A stretch of 64,000 nucleotides of DNA, taken from contig NW_027139442.1 of assembly GCF_035084215.1 (NCBI RefSeq), forward strand, positions 2,232,001-2,296,000, read 5' to 3'. Of the stretch, positions 26,040-40,339 are shown in pieces; positions within the stretch are counted from its first letter, which is position 1; each line of letters opens with the position of its first letter. The translations under genes were made by a program, and so were the position numbers. This DNA comes from Heptranchias perlo. Taxonomy: Eukaryota. Under the pieces are notes generated by a model. The model saw nothing but the letters and a program-made list of their open reading frames with translations, did no database searches and was not told the DNA's origin.

Positions 26040-28535
26040 CCAAAAAAACCTCATAGTATCAGAATGAAATGTACAGTTTCAATTCCTTTACTGCAGACTG
26101 AGCTACACATTAGATACCAATCCAAAATTCTCATAGCGTATCAGAATGAAAGACACAGTATCCATTCCATTAATGCAGACTGAGCTACACATCACATGCC
26201 AGTCCAAAAATCTCAGTGTCAGATTGAAAGATACAGTATCAATTCCATCAGGACAGAGTGAAATGCACATTAGATACCTGTCACTGACATTCACTTTCAA
26301 ACTGAAAGATACAGTTTCGATTTGATTGGTACTGACTGAGCTAAACGATACATACCAGTATACAAATCTCACACAGTAGCAGACTGAAAGATACAGTATC
26401 AATCTCATTAGTGTGGACTGAGCGACACATTAAATACCTGTCCAAAAATCACATTCAGTGTCAAACTGAAAGGCAGAGTATCAATATCTTTACTGCATTC
26501 TGAGCAACACATTGAATATGATTTCTGGACTGGTATACAGTGTCAGGTTGAAACATACACTATCAATTCCATTAGTGCAGATTGAGCTACACATTAGATA
26601 TCTTGCAAAATTTGAATACAGTAACGTACTGGAAGATACAATCTCAATTTGTTTACTGTAGACAGAGGTACACATTAGATACCTGTCCAAAAATCTCATA
26701 CAGTATCAGACTGAATGAGATAGAATCAATTCTATTAGTGCAGACTGAGCGACACATTGCATACCAGTTCAAATAAAAATCAGTGCCAGCTTGAAAGATA
26801 CAGACTCAATTTCATTTGTGCAGGCTGAGCAACACAATGTATACAGTCCAAAAAAAACATTCAGGGTCATGCTGAAAGATACAATATGAATCCCAGTCGT
26901 GCAGACTGAGCTACACATTATATACAGTCCAAAAATCACATTCAGTATCAAACTGAAAGGCATAGTTTCACTTCCATTAGTGCAGACTGAGCTACATATT
27001 GTATACAGTCCAAAATTCGTATGTTTATTATCATTCTGAAACATACAGTATGAATCCTATTAGTGTAGACGAAGCTACACATTATATACCAGTCCAATAA
27101 TCTCTTCAAGCTGATGCTGAAAGTACGGCATCAATTCCATGAGCGCAGACTGATTTATTCCTTAAACACCAGTCCAAGTATAGCACACAGTGTCAGCCTG
27201 AAAGATACAGTATCAATCCCATTAATGCAGACTGAGCTACACCTTACATCCACATCCGAAAATCACACAGTGTCAGCTTGAAAGATAAAGTATCAATTCC
27301 ACCAGCCCAGACTGAGCTACTTAATAAATACCAGTCCAATAATTTCATTGTAATAGATTGAAATGTACATTATCATTTACAATGGTCTTCACAGAGATTA
27401 AGATGTAATCCTACACCAAAACTCACACATTGTTTGATTAAAACAAAATCCATAAGTGTATCCATATTTACAAATTAACGCAAGACGAAGGACTGTGCAT
27501 ACGTTAATGTATTAAAGATACAGTTTCAAGCAACACACTTTAACCTGATATAAGAATACAGAAGGAATCTAGACTTGCATTTTGTCCCAGAGACTGAGTA
27601 ACAGAATGAATCCCACACTGAGCTAAAATATCAGACTGACAGTCACAGAATGAATCCCACACTCACAGATAGAACCAGAGACTGACAGACAAAGAATGAA
27701 TCCCACACTCACACACAGTACCAGAGACTGACAGATTCAGAATGAGTCCCACATTCACACACACAGTACCAGAGACTGATATATTCAGAATGAATCCCAC
27801 ACTCACACACAGTACCAGAGACTGACATATTCAGAATGAATCACACACTCACACACAGTACCAGAGGCTGACAGATACAGAATGAATCCCACACTCACAC
27901 ACAGTACCAGAGACTGACATATTCAGAATGAATCCCACACTCACACACAGTACCAGAGGCTGACAGATACAGAATGAATCCCACACTCACACACAGTACC
28001 AGAGACTGACATATTCAGAATGAATCCCACACTCACACACAGTACCAGAGACTGACATATTCAGAATGAATCCCACACTCACACACAGTACCAGAGGCTG
28101 ACAGCTACAGAATGAATCCCACACTCACACACAGTACCAGAGACACACATATAGAGAATGAATCCCACACTCACACACTGTACCAGAGACTGATATATAC
28201 AGAATGAATCCCACACTCACATGCAGTACCAGAGACTGACAGATACAAAATGAATCTCACACTCTCACACTGTACCAGAGACTGACAGAGACAGAATGAA
28301 TCCCAAACTCACACACAGTACCAGAGGCTGACAGATACAGAATGAATCCCACACTCACAGACTGTACTGGAGACTGAGAGATTCACAATGAATTCCACAC
28401 TCACACACAGTACCAGACACTGACGGATAGAGAATTAATCTCACACTCACATACAGTACCAGTAACTGACGGATAGAGAATTAATCTCACACTCACATAC
28501 AGTACTGGAGACTGACAGATACAGAATGAATATAG
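26040..28535. repeat. Compound satellite, cassette copy 3: ~82-bp units (26040-27340), then homogeneous 46-bp units (27555-28535)
   Basis: 46-bp period measured between agtacc at 27811 and 27857. Confidence 0.9.
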
Positions 28536-28904
28536 AGTCTGACATCTACTGGCCGTAAGGGAGAACTGTAGCAGATTGGAACAAATTCACATCATTGTGA
28601 CAGAAACAGGACAAAGTGCAATGTGAGGAAATAGTTTCTCTCTGTAACTTCTACTCTCGTATTTTTTCATATTTCACATTGAAAAATGAAGACAATTGAT
28701 TCATAATAAAGTTTTTGTTTCGCTCATTGAAAAGTTATCAATTTCCACATTATATTTCACTCGACATTGCGCAATATTTCTTTCTGATTTCTCAGGACAC
28801 GATTTAGATTAATTCAAATAAATCGAAATAAAACACAAATAAAAACTGAGCACAAAGCTGGAAGTTTTAATGGCGACCGTCAAAAGTGAAAGGGATAAAA
28901 TATA

Positions 28905-29016
28905 GAAAAAAATAAAAATGAAACTGCTGGAGAGATTCAGCAGGTCCGGCAGCATCTGTGGAGAATTGAATCTCGGGTTAACGGTTCAGGACTATGACCC
29001 TTCTATAGTTCAGAAC
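28905..29016 (-). mobile_element. Degenerate remnant resembling the pLTR of a second Penelope-like family
   Basis: gctggagagattcagcaggtccggcagcatctgtggag...gttaacggttcagg resembles, from memory, a common shark PLE terminal repeat. The hammerhead core is eroded. Confidence 0.4.
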
Positions 29017-29288
29017 GTTTAATCCGATATAACTTAAATAAGGAACGGGAATCAGCAGAGGGAAAAACTTCAGAAAATCAATTAATTTCACTGAATGTGG
29101 GCAATTGTGTCTCGTATCCACGATACAGGTCAGGACAAATAATAATACCAAGGGACAAAGTTAAATTCAACGTTATGGGGGCAGAAATGAATTCTAAAAG
29201 TATTTTTTATATAAATTAGACCCGTTTGGAAAAATTATCGCTCTGAACATCATCAAATTCGGTTCCAGACTTGGTGTTTCTGAATTCA

Positions 29289-29357
29289 GCGTGCTGGGAT
29301 TCAAACCTGTTGGAATTAACTGTTTGGAAGGCAGCTATACTCACCATTATAGCGCCT
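29289..29357 (-). pseudogene. Degenerate tRNA-Gly(TCC) relic
   Basis: Minus strand ctataatggtgagtatagctgccTTCCAaacagtt...ggtttgaatcccagc keeps the D-arm, anticodon arm and B-box of vertebrate tRNA-Gly(TCC). The acceptor stem is broken. Confidence 0.7.
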
Positions 29358-29539
29358 TATTTCACTCGGAGGTAGAAATAGTGTGTTTCTGTGGAATTTC
29401 GGACTGAATTGCTCCCTTTGGGTTTCTGGCATTTTAATCAAAGACAATAAATAGTTCCCAAACATCAGCCCCTGAACAGACAAAACAAGCTGGTGGAATT
29501 TCTCATTCATAGATATTAAAAAACAGGATGACAAAAGCG

Positions 29540-30530
29540 TTAGGAAGAGGTTTGGAAGAAGTCACAAAAACAATTAGGGAAGCAAACAGGAACCACGAAA
29601 TCAAATTATCAAGGAATGTAAAAATAAATAGTAAATTATTCTACAGACACAAAAATAACAGAAAGAATATCAGAATATCTTGAGTGCCACTCAGGGATTC
29701 ACAAGATAAACTCACAGGTAATGTCAGCGAAATGGCAGAAATATTGAATTATTACTTTGCCTCAGTATTTACCCGGGAGATTAACAGGGTGAATTTCATA
29801 TTAGAGGAAGAGGTCAATAAAGATATCAAGACATTTAAGTGGAAAGGGTGGTTAAACTCTGGTCCAGTTGGATTACATCCGCACATATTAAGTGAAGCAA
29901 AGGAAGAGATAGCAGAGGCACTGTTACATATATAGGAAAAAAATAATCACAAAAAGGAATAATACCAGAGGGCTAGATGAAAGTTAATAGCATTCTTATG
30001 ACTTAAAACAGGAGATAGAACAAGTCCGGGGAACTATAGACCAGTTAACTAAAGGTCGGTGGTAGGAATAATCATGGAATCTTTTACTCAACAAAGCAAT
30101 AGAAAAACATCTAGAAACCGAAAATATAATAAAGAATAGTTAGCACGGATTTCAGAAAGGGAAGGTTTAACAGTTTGACAGAAGGTATGAAAGTTTAAAT
30201 TACAGTGCAACATAACTTATCTGCTTTTCAATTCTATTCCTCTAGAAATAAACCTCTGTGTTTTCTTTCTATGGCCTTATCAACCTGTGTTGCTACTTTT
30301 AATGATTTGTCAATCTGTACCCCTAAACCCCTTTGCTCTTCTACCCCATTTAGAATCGTATTTTCCAAGCAGTACGTGGCCTCCTTATTCCCCCGAGCAA
30401 AATGCACCACCTCACAACTTTCTTTATGGAAATTCAATGGCCATTTACATCGCCTTTCAGCAAGCTTATTGAAGTCTTCTTGAATTTTGTTAGATTCTTC
30501 CTCACTATAGGCTGTACACCCTAAATTAAT
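29540..30530. mobile_element. CR1 LINE fragments (+ strand 29540-30165, - strand ~30200-30530)
   Basis: Plus strand: EMAEILNYYFASVFT, SGPVGLHP, NYRPV, HGF. Minus strand: CEVVHFARGN...EQRGLGVQIDKSLK. Confidence 0.8.
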
Positions 30531-30976
30531 TACAAGCATTTAATACAGCATTACAACGAATGTTTGGTCTAACAAAATGTTCTCCATTCGGAGTTTTTCG
30601 AAATCCCACTCTTGCAATATAATGTGAAGAATGAGTTTATCTTCTGTCCCTCTCTCATCTGCAAACTTCAATGACCCGGGGTTTGGGGACATCTACTGGC
30701 CGGAAGCAGAACTGCAACAGTTCGGAACAAATTGCTGAAACCGGACAACGTGAAGTGTGAGCGTGTTTGTGATTGGTGGCAGCTATTAAATCAGATTGGA
30801 TATCTGAAGAAACCAATCAGAGAGTGAAAGGAAACGTTGACAGAGCATCACTCCCAATGAGCCAATCACAACATGCCTTCCCCCATCCCTCATTACCATA
30901 GGGCTGTCGGGCTGCCGATTTAACCCGAGCTCGGAGCAGATTTGAATCATTTCTGAGTCTGAAATTGAGTTTGAAA

Positions 30977-31351
30977 ATGCCTGAGGACAAGAAAGCAGCT
31001 CCCAAGAAGGGCGCCAAGAAAAACTTGAGTAAAGCACCAGCCAAGCGCGGCAAGAAGCGGAGAAAGTCGAGGAAGGAGAGTTACTCCATCTACGTCTACA
31101 AAGTGATGAAGCAGGTTCACCCCGACACCGGCATCTCCTCCAAGGCCATGAGCATCATGAACTCCTTTGTGAACGATATTTTCGAGCGCATCGCGAGTGA
31201 GGCTTCCCGCCTGGCCCATTATAATAAACGCCACACCATCAGCTCCCGGGAGATCCAGACCGCCGTGCGCCTGCTGCTGCCCGGGGAACTGGCCAAACAC
31301 GCCGTGTCGGAAGGGACAAAGGCGGTGACCAAATACACCAGCTCCAAGTAA
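30977..31351 (+). CDS. H2B: Histone H2B copy 2, 124 aa (several substitutions)
   Basis: Intact ORF; stem-loop GGCTCTTTTAAGAGCC at 31390-31405. Confidence 0.95.
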   Translation: MPEDKKAAPKKGAKKNLSKAPAKRGKKRRKSRKESYSIYVYKVMKQVHPDTGISSKAMSIMNSFVNDIFERIASEASRLAHYNKRHTISSREIQTAVRLLLPGELAKHAVSEGTKAVTKYTSSK

Positions 31352-32224
31352 AACTCCACAATCAACTGAAAAAGAAACTTAAACAAAAAGGCTCTTTTAA
31401 GAGCCACCCACAGTCTCTCTGAAGACGCTGTACCGACACTTCTGCATGGACTCATTTTACTGTCGATAGTTTGATACTAACTGTCTCTATATAACTTCTG
31501 CTTTTGTAATTTCTCTTGAAATCTGGAAGATTCTCATAATCACTGCCAGGTATAATCTGTGCGTCGCTTTTTATTTATTCCCAAGAACAAAAATCGTGTC
31601 CCTGATCCTCTCATTCCCGTTCATATTCCGCCCCTTCCTCCGCATCTGCCCCTTCAGAGCCGTCTTAAGGCGGTGGATTAGAGTTCAGTCATTTCTTTCT
31701 CCTTTTCACGTTTATTTGTTCATTATTCCGGAATATCACTTTCAGAACCGCAATCCTTTGAAATGCAGCAACGCTGAAAGGGACTTCACACCGAGTACAG
31801 AATAGTCTAAAGACTCTATAACTGTTCGACTTCTTACACCAGGAGTCTCGGCTCCGGTTTCGATCGCGCTGCAGCTCCTGTGAACAGGGATCAATCCACA
31901 ATCCGTGGTTTGTTACTATTACAAAGATTGAGCTGGAATCTGTCCCGTTACAAAATGGGGCTTTATTCCCGCCGGATTGAAAGCGAACGGAGAATGAAGC
32001 GACTTCTAACTGGAATGTAAAAGATTCTGGAAGTTGTGACGGAAAACGTGGAATAACAGAGTAAAAGGAGAGAGATTTTTAAACCTTTGTCTTTACGCGA
32101 CATTATTTACTAAATCCGCTTCTGGTGTTACAAATATATTGGCGGGCTTTCCAAATTTCAAAAAAACGGTTCAGTTCGGTATTTTCCGCCTTTTTCGCAT
32201 TGCCGGCTATTGATTGGTGAATAA

Positions 32225-32770
<546 letters not shown>

Positions 32771-32924
32771 ATCGGCCAAGATTTAATCTGATAAAACCAA
32801 AGGCTCTTTTCAGAGCCACCCACTGTATCTGTGAAAGGGCTGGTTACTGTCTGAAGAGACTGACCTATTGATCACAGGTGTCCCCGGTCTACGTTAATAT
32901 ATTACATTACTACAGCGGTTAAAG

Positions 32925-33250
32925 TAATGGGAGCCAATGTAAGTCACCGAGCACATGGGTGACAGGTGAACGGGAGTTGGTGGGAGTTCGAATAGGGCAA
33001 CGGAGATTTGGAGAAATTCATGTTCACAGAGGGCGGAAGATCGGAGGCTGACCAGGAGAGCATTGGAATAGCAAAGTCTGGAGGTATCAAGGGAATGGAT
33101 GAGGGTTTCAGCACCAGAGGAGCTGAGGCAGGGGCGGAGACGCGCGATGTTTCAAAGGTGGAATTAGGTCTTGGTGATGGAGCGGATATGTGGTCGGACG
33201 CTCATCTCAGGGTCAGATTGGACACAAAGGTTACGAACGGTCATATTTCG
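32925..33250 (-). mobile_element. L2-clade LINE fragment
   Basis: Minus strand resembles L2 ORF2 C-terminal region (ETLIH..DTSRLCYSNALL). Confidence 0.6.
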
Positions 33251-33269
33251 GACCACACAGTGACCAGGG

Positions 33270-33930
33270 ACTAGTCTCTGTCCATCCCGGTCCCGGAATC
33301 TATCCAGTCCGCACACAGGACCTGGGTCTGTCCATCCCGGTCCCTGAATCTATCCAGTCCTCACACAGGACCTGGGTCTGTCCATCCCGGTCCCTGAATC
33401 TATCCAGTCTCGATACAGGACCTGGGTCTGTCCATCCAGGCCCCTGAATCTATCCAGTCCCCATACAGGATCTGGGTCTGTCTATCCCATTCCCTGAATC
33501 TATCCAATCCCTCGACAGGACCTGGGTCTGTCCATCCCGGTCCCTGAATCTATCCAGTTTCACACTGACTCCAGCTCTAATTCAATTCATAATAGCCACA
33601 CATGACCAATCTCCATCCATCCATGTCCATGAATCTAACCAGTCCCACGGAAGATCTGTCACCATCCCGGTCCCTGAATCTATCCAGTCCCCACACAGGA
33701 CCTGGGTCTGTCCATCCAATACCAGAATCTATCCAGTCCCCACACAAGACCTGGGTCTGTTCATTCGGTTCCCTGAATCTGTCCAGTTCCCAATGTTTTC
33801 AGCTCTAATAAACACATTGTACCCACACAGGAACTGTCTCTGTCCATCCCAGGACCTGAATCTATCCAGTCGCCACACAGGATCATTCTCCATTCATCCC
33901 AGTGCCTGATTCTATCCAGTCCCATACTGA
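33270..33930. repeat. 50-bp minisatellite (caggacctgggtctgtccatcccggtccctgaatctatccagtc...)
   Basis: cagga recurs at 33316, 33366 and 33416. Confidence 0.9.
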
Positions 33931-34449
33931 CCCAAGCACGGAAAGGTACAGATTGCCTTCAACACCGATTGATGTTTATTGAACTATTGGGCGCCTCCTG
34001 TCAGCTACAAATCTGAAAACTAAAACTCCCTCTTCCAACGGTTCCGTCGCGGCACTGATTGATTCTGTTACGATGGAGATTGTATTGGATCTGTAGTGGG
34101 ACTCATTTATTCAATTTAAATTTTACTTTCCGCCTTTTTTTCCGAGATATCCTTGAATATTAAGCCGGAGTCTGTAAGGATTGTGTCTGAATTTATGTTC
34201 CGCATTTGTTGCTGGTGAAAATTTTAGACAGAACGGTAACTAATTCCTGGAGGCGGAGCTTGAAGTTCCACGTCCGCTTGTCCGTCATTCTGAGCCAGTC
34301 TCCTCCCCTCCCGCACTTCATGCTCTGTCTGTCATTCAAACACTCCTCCCCGGCCTCTCCGATAATGTGCCTTTCTCAACCAGGTCGGGGCGGGCTGCAT
34401 AAATAGAGAAGAAAGGCGAGAGTTTTTCATTCAGGGGCGGTTTGAGTGA

Positions 34450-34770
<321 letters not shown>

Positions 34771-35299
34771 ACGACTCGACCATTTCCAACCGGACACAAA
34801 CCAAAGGCTCTTCTAAGAGCCACCCACCGCCTCACAGAGAGAGCACTGACCTGGGAACTGGTGCGGGATATATGGGGCTTGGGAATAGTTTTATTATTAT
34901 GAGGAGTTTTCTGGAACACACAGTAACGTAACGTGGGATCGGCGGCGAGCTGCACCGGTTACTGAGAGGAACATTTCCCTCATTGAGTGCACTGAATTAT
35001 CCAGGGAACGTTACAAGTGAGTTTACCCCGAGCTGAATTCCCCACTCAGTAAAATGTTCCTTCACTCCATTCGCTCTGTTTTGGTTCTATTTATCAGTCA
35101 GATGTTGTGATGTGGGACCGGGGGTTTCCATGGGAGAACAGGTTGAGCTGAGCCGCTGTGATAAGGGCCCAGCTTGTGATATGGATTTTCCCTCTGACGG
35201 TTGTTTCTGACACTGATACTGAGAGGGTTTGTGAAATTGAACCGTTTGAGCTCAGTCATTGGGGACCTGGAATTACCACAGGCCCAACTCAAAGTCCGC

Positions 35300-35510
35300 T
35301 GAAAACTGAGACTACCTCTCATTGGTTGCTTTGCTTGAAAACTAATTTTCTTAACCAATCGGAGAGACGACAATAAGAAAACGGAGCAAATGAGTGGCCT
35401 CAATTGACCGATTTTTTTAAATTTGAAAAAGGCCGCCAATTTCAGTGTATGAAATAAGTGAATTACTCGGACATGTCGTTTTTACACAAAGACTTAAAAT
35501 CTCTTTGTAA
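35300..35510 (-). pseudogene. Orphan H2A promoter remnant (CDS absent)
   Basis: Reverse complement aligns by eye to 12715-12870 and 32080-32260 (ctgaaattggcgg..., gattggttaa). It lies downstream of the inverted H2B pseudogene, where H2A is expected. Confidence 0.55.
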
Positions 35511-36139
35511 TAATGTTATTCCGTATTACACGTCCCAAATTCCTTGCGCTGTTTCAAAAATATATTGTCTTCTAACTTGCGGAATAAAACCCAAATGTCA
35601 CTTCTACCTGTAAAAGTAACAAATCACAGGTTATCGATTGATTCCGTTGCAGGGACTGAACAGGAACCGTGTGTCCTGAAAACGGAATCATTGACGAAGC
35701 CTTAAAATGAGCCGATTCTTTTCCCCAAGGCGTTCATTCCGGATTGTTACACTGCAGGGAACGTGTTGCTTATATGCGCGATATTAAGATCAGTAATTAA
35801 TTATTTCAGAGACTCGCTCCACAGTGAGAAAGAGGAAGTAACTAAATTCTGATTCTCAGCCCTGAAAGTGGTGGTTAACGGGAAAACCGGGGGCGGTGCA
35901 AATCTGAATGAGAGCGAGAGCAAAGCAAAAGGGAATTGAACGAATCGCGGACCCGTGTTCACTTTATTGGGCAGTAAATTCTGCAGAGACAAACATTAAA
36001 ATGGGGGAGTTTCACTGACTTTCTTTCAATTTCCCCACCAGATTCAAAGGATGATGATCGAAATGAATAAATTGACGACATAAGTGCTGTGGGCGGCTCT
36101 TAAAATAGCCGTTGTTTTTTTTCAGTACGTTGTGGAGTT

Positions 36140-36509
36140 TTACTTGGAGCTGGTGTTCTTGGTCACCGCCTTTGTCCCTTCCGACACGGCGTGTTTGGCC
36201 AGTTCCCCGGGCAGCAGCAGGCGCACGGCGGTCTGGATCTCCCGGGAGCTGATGGTGTGGCGTTTATTATAATGGGCCAGGCGGGAAGCCTCACCCGCGA
36301 AGCGCTCGAAAATATCGTTCACAAAGGAGTTCATGATGCTCATGGCCTTGGAGGAGATGCCGGTGTCGGGGTGAACCTGCTTCATCACTTTGTAGATGTA
36401 GATGGAGTAACTCTCCTTCCTCGACTTTCTTCGCTTCTTGCTGCCTTTGATGGCGATTTATTCACCGTTTTTTGTTGACCTTCTTAGGAAGTGTTTTCTT
36501 CACCGACAT
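36140..36509 (-). pseudogene. H2B pseudogene
   Basis: ATG 36509 reads MSVKKTLPKKVNKKR*. Length is 370 nt versus 375, consistent with two 1-nt deletions plus one lost codon. I>F and Y>N changes in conserved positions; stem-loop mutated (GGCTATTTTAAGAGCC, 36095-36110). Confidence 0.9.
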
Positions 36510-36616
36510 TTTCAAATTCAATTTCAGACACAGCATCAACCAAAATCCGCTCCGAGTTCAGATTATACGGGCAGCCCTTTCGTTCTGCCAATTCATTCTG
36601 CATCTGTTAGTTTCGA

Positions 36617-38345
36617 GTACTGTGTGTGAGTGTGGGATTCATTCTGTATCTGGTACTGTATGTGAATGTGGGATTCATTCTGTATCTAGTACTGTGTGTG
36701 AGTGTGGGATTCATTCTGTATCTGGTACTGTATGTGAATGTGGGATTCATTCTGTATCTGGTACTGTGTGAGTGTGAGAGTCATTCTGTATCTGGTACTG
36801 TGTGTGAGTGTGGGAGTCATTCTGTATCTGGTACTGTGTGTGAATGTGGGAGACATTCTGTATCTGGAATTGGATTTGAGAGTGGGATTCATTCTGTATC
36901 TGGTACTGTATGAGAATGTGGGATTGATTCTGTATCTAGTACTGTATGTGAATGTGGGATTCATTCTCTATCTGCTACTGTGTGTGAGTGTGGGATTCAT
37001 TCAGTATCTGGAACTGTGTATGAGTGTGGGATTCATTCAGTATCTAGTAATGTGTGTGAGTGAGGGATTCATTCTGTATCTGGTACTGTATGTGAATGAG
37101 GGATTAATTCTCTATCTGTTACTGTATGTGAGTGTGGGATTCATTCTGTATCTAGTAATGTGTGTGAGTGAGGGATTCATTCTGTATCTGGTACTGTATG
37201 TGAATGTGGGATTCATTCTGTATCTGGTACTGTATGTGAGTGTGGGATTCATTCTGTATCTGGTACTGTATGTGAATGTGGGTTTCATTCTGTATCTGTA
37301 CTGTATGTGAATGTGGGATTCATTCTGTATCTGGTACTGTATGTGAATGTGGGATTCATTCTGTATCTGGGACTGTGTGTGAATGTGTAATTCATTCTGT
37401 ATCTGGTACTGTATGTGAATGTGGGATTCATTCTGTATCTGGTACTGTGTGTGAATGTGGGATTCATTCTGTATCTGGTACTGTATGTGAATGTGGAATT
37501 CATTCTGTATCTGGTACTGTGTGTGAATGTGGGATTCATTCTGTATCTTGTACTGTATGTGAATATGGGATTCATTCTGTATCTGGTACTGTATGTGAAT
37601 ATGGGATTCATTCTGTATCTGGTACTGTATGTGAATTTGGGATTCATTCTGTATCTGGGACTGTGTGTGAATGTGTGATTCATTCTGTATCTGGTACTGT
37701 ATGTGAATATGGGATTCATTCTGTATCTGGTACTGTATGTGAATGTGTGATTCATTCTGTATCTGGTACTGTATGTGAATATGGGATTCATTCTGTATCT
37801 GGTACTGTGTGTGAGTGTGGGATTCATTCTGTATCTGGGACTGTATGTGAATATGGGATTCATTCTGTATCTTTCAGTCTCTGGTACTGTGTGTGAGTGT
37901 GGGATTCATTCTGTATCTGTCAGTCTCTGGTGCTGTGTGTGAGTGTCGGAATCATTCTGTATCTTTCAGTCTCTGGTACTGTGTGTGAGTGTGGGATTCA
38001 TTCTGTACCTGTCATTCCATGGTACTCTGTGTGAGTTTGGGATTCATTCTGTATCTGTCAGTCTCTGGTGCTGTATGTGGGTGTGGGATTCATTCTGTAT
38101 CTGTCAGTCTCTGGTGCTGTATGTGGGTGTGGGATTCATTCTGTATCTGTCAGTCTCTGGTGCTGTATGTGAGTGTGGGATTCATTCTGTATCTATCAGT
38201 CTCTGGTACTGTGTGTGGGTGTGGGATTCATTCTGTATCTCTCAGCCTCTGGTACTGTGTGTGATGGATTCATTCTGTATCTGCCAATCTCTGGTACTGT
38301 TTGAGTATCTGGGATTCATTCTGTATCTATCAGTTTCTGGAACAG
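36617..38345. repeat. Inverted satellite: 36-bp units (36617-37865), then parental 46-bp units (37865-38345)
   Basis: gtactgtatgtgaatgtgggattcattctgtatctg equals the reverse-complement 46-mer minus 10 bp. Confidence 0.92.
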
Positions 38346-39548
38346 TCCAAAAGTCAGGATTAATTCCATATCTGTCTTTAAATTGGAGATCAGCTTACAG
38401 TTTGGTGTTTGAATCTCTATCTTGTGTATATCTAAACCTATAAATAGTTTTCCCCATAGTAGTTAATTTTGAAAATATCGTGCACATTCGAATTTCTTGT
38501 TGCAGGTTTTAATGTGACAAGCTGTGTGCCCTTTGGACCAATATTAAACCTGTATCACAATGAACACTAACGCAATTGATCCTGGATCTCAGTCTCAAAC
38601 TTTGAGATTTTTGGATTGCTATACAATGTGCAGCTCAGTCTGCACTCATGGAATTGATATTGTATCTTTCAGGGTGTCACTGTATGAGACTTTAGCACTT
38701 CTATGTAATGTGTTGCTCTGGGTCTAATCGAATTGTAACTTTCAGGTTCATAAAATGGGTGAGTTTTGAACTGGTAACTGATTTTGTTTCTCAGGTTATA
38801 CTATCTTTCAGCATCTCTCACTCTGATACTATATGTGAGTTTTGGACTTGTATGTAATTTGTATCTCAGATTACAGAATTTGGATGGATACTGCATCTTT
38901 TAATATCACAATGTGTGTGAGTTATACTCATTATTTGAGATGAATCTTGGTTTACATTATTGGGGCTATTGCTGTATCTTTCAATCGGGCACCATGTATC
39001 AGTTCTATCTGTGATTTAATTTCGAGCTTAGGCTGCACTATTGTGAAATTGACACATTACCTTTCAATCTGATGGTGGGTGTGATAATGGACTGGGATTT
39101 GTGGATCTACCTGGCAGTTGTACTGAGTTGGGGTGAAATGGAAACAACGTCTGCCTCTCCTCCTCTGACTGTTTATTTGAAAGTGTGTCTGTGGTACTTG
39201 GCATCAGTGTGGGACTGACTACTTCTACTGTCTGAGACTGAGGAACTGATGACCTGTCTGTGTCTCTGTGCTCTGTGTGTGATAATGTACCTACTGTGTG
39301 TGAGAAGTTGGCTGCACTCTTCCTTGTGCCTCGGGTGGAGGAAAATCACATTTTTTCTGGCTCCTTCAAAAATTTGCCTGTAGAAAGAAAAAGTATCTCT
39401 TGTAACTCAAGAACAGGTGAGGTAGAAAATACAAAAGTGATCAGTTTAATGGTCTGTTAATGATCATTTTGAATATCCACAAATGAAAACCAGCGATACA
39501 AACAGTATCAGTGTCTGACTCCACTGAAGCACGCAGCTTCTGCACACC

Positions 39549-39815
39549 ATAGAAACATAGAAAATAGGAGCAAGAGCAGGCCATTCGGCCCTTCGGGCCT
39601 GCTCCACCATTCAAAATGATCATGGCTGATCGCCTAACTCAGTATCCTGTTCCTGCTTTTCCCCCATATCCCTTGATACCTTTGGCATTCAAAAATGTAT
39701 CGATTTTCTTATTGAATACATCTAATGACGAGGCCTCCACTGCCTTCTCTGGTGGCGAATTCCACAGGTTCATCACCATCTGAGTGAGTGAAGACATTTC
39801 TCCTCTCGGTTCTAA
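39549..39815 (-). mobile_element. 5'-truncated CR1 LINE 3' end inserted in cassette copy 4
   Basis: Short tandem tail (atagaaacatagaaa) and gaagggccgaatggcct-type 3' UTR; absent from the other cassette copies. Confidence 0.8.
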
Positions 39816-40339
39816 AGGTGCCAGATGTGTTGGGCTGTTTTAAAACAATTTCGTCACATCCAGACACAACACAACACAACATCTGCACTGATCCATGAAT
39901 GGGACTACCGGATGGGACAGGGACCTTTGTACAGGCCTGGTTTCTAATCCCCTCTCCCATGGGATCGACCGTTCAACCGAAACCAAACAGCCGCTGTTTA
40001 AAATGTGTCGTTCACACTTCTCACCTGATCCCTGCAATCGATGCTCTTTGTATAACTCCCCACATCCTTACTGTCCGGCTCTGTTTCCACTCTTCACTGT
40101 CCAATAACAATCAACAAGGTGAGACTGGAACTAAACCAGGACCATTCACTACTGGTTTGGGGAGAGAATGCAGCAATGATTTTAAATAGCAGGTTCTTCC
40201 CATTCTGTCTCCCTTCCCCTGGACACACCCTGTACACACACAACCCGAGAATGACCTCTCCCTTCCCCCGCTCACTCCATGTTCCGGGACCAGTTCGTGA
40301 TCCACTCCGCCTCTTACAAACAGCCCCCGGACTCCCCCT

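Noticed and set aside
27555-28535. Regular short repeats resembling a CRISPR array (also 9355-10275 and 36617-38345)
   Set aside because: Units are contiguous with no unique spacers, there are no cas genes, and the context is vertebrate; these are minisatellites.
29540-30530. Oppositely oriented CR1 halves as a twin-priming inversion
   Set aside because: The orientation is convergent with no tail or TSD, which does not fit twin priming; more likely separate fragments or a later rearrangement.
36472-38443. Long Cys-rich or hydrophobic ORFs (CECGIHSVSGTV)n / (VGFILYLVLYVN)n
   Set aside because: Artefacts of a 36-bp (multiple of 3) tandem repeat; open on both strands, with no promoter or splice evidence.
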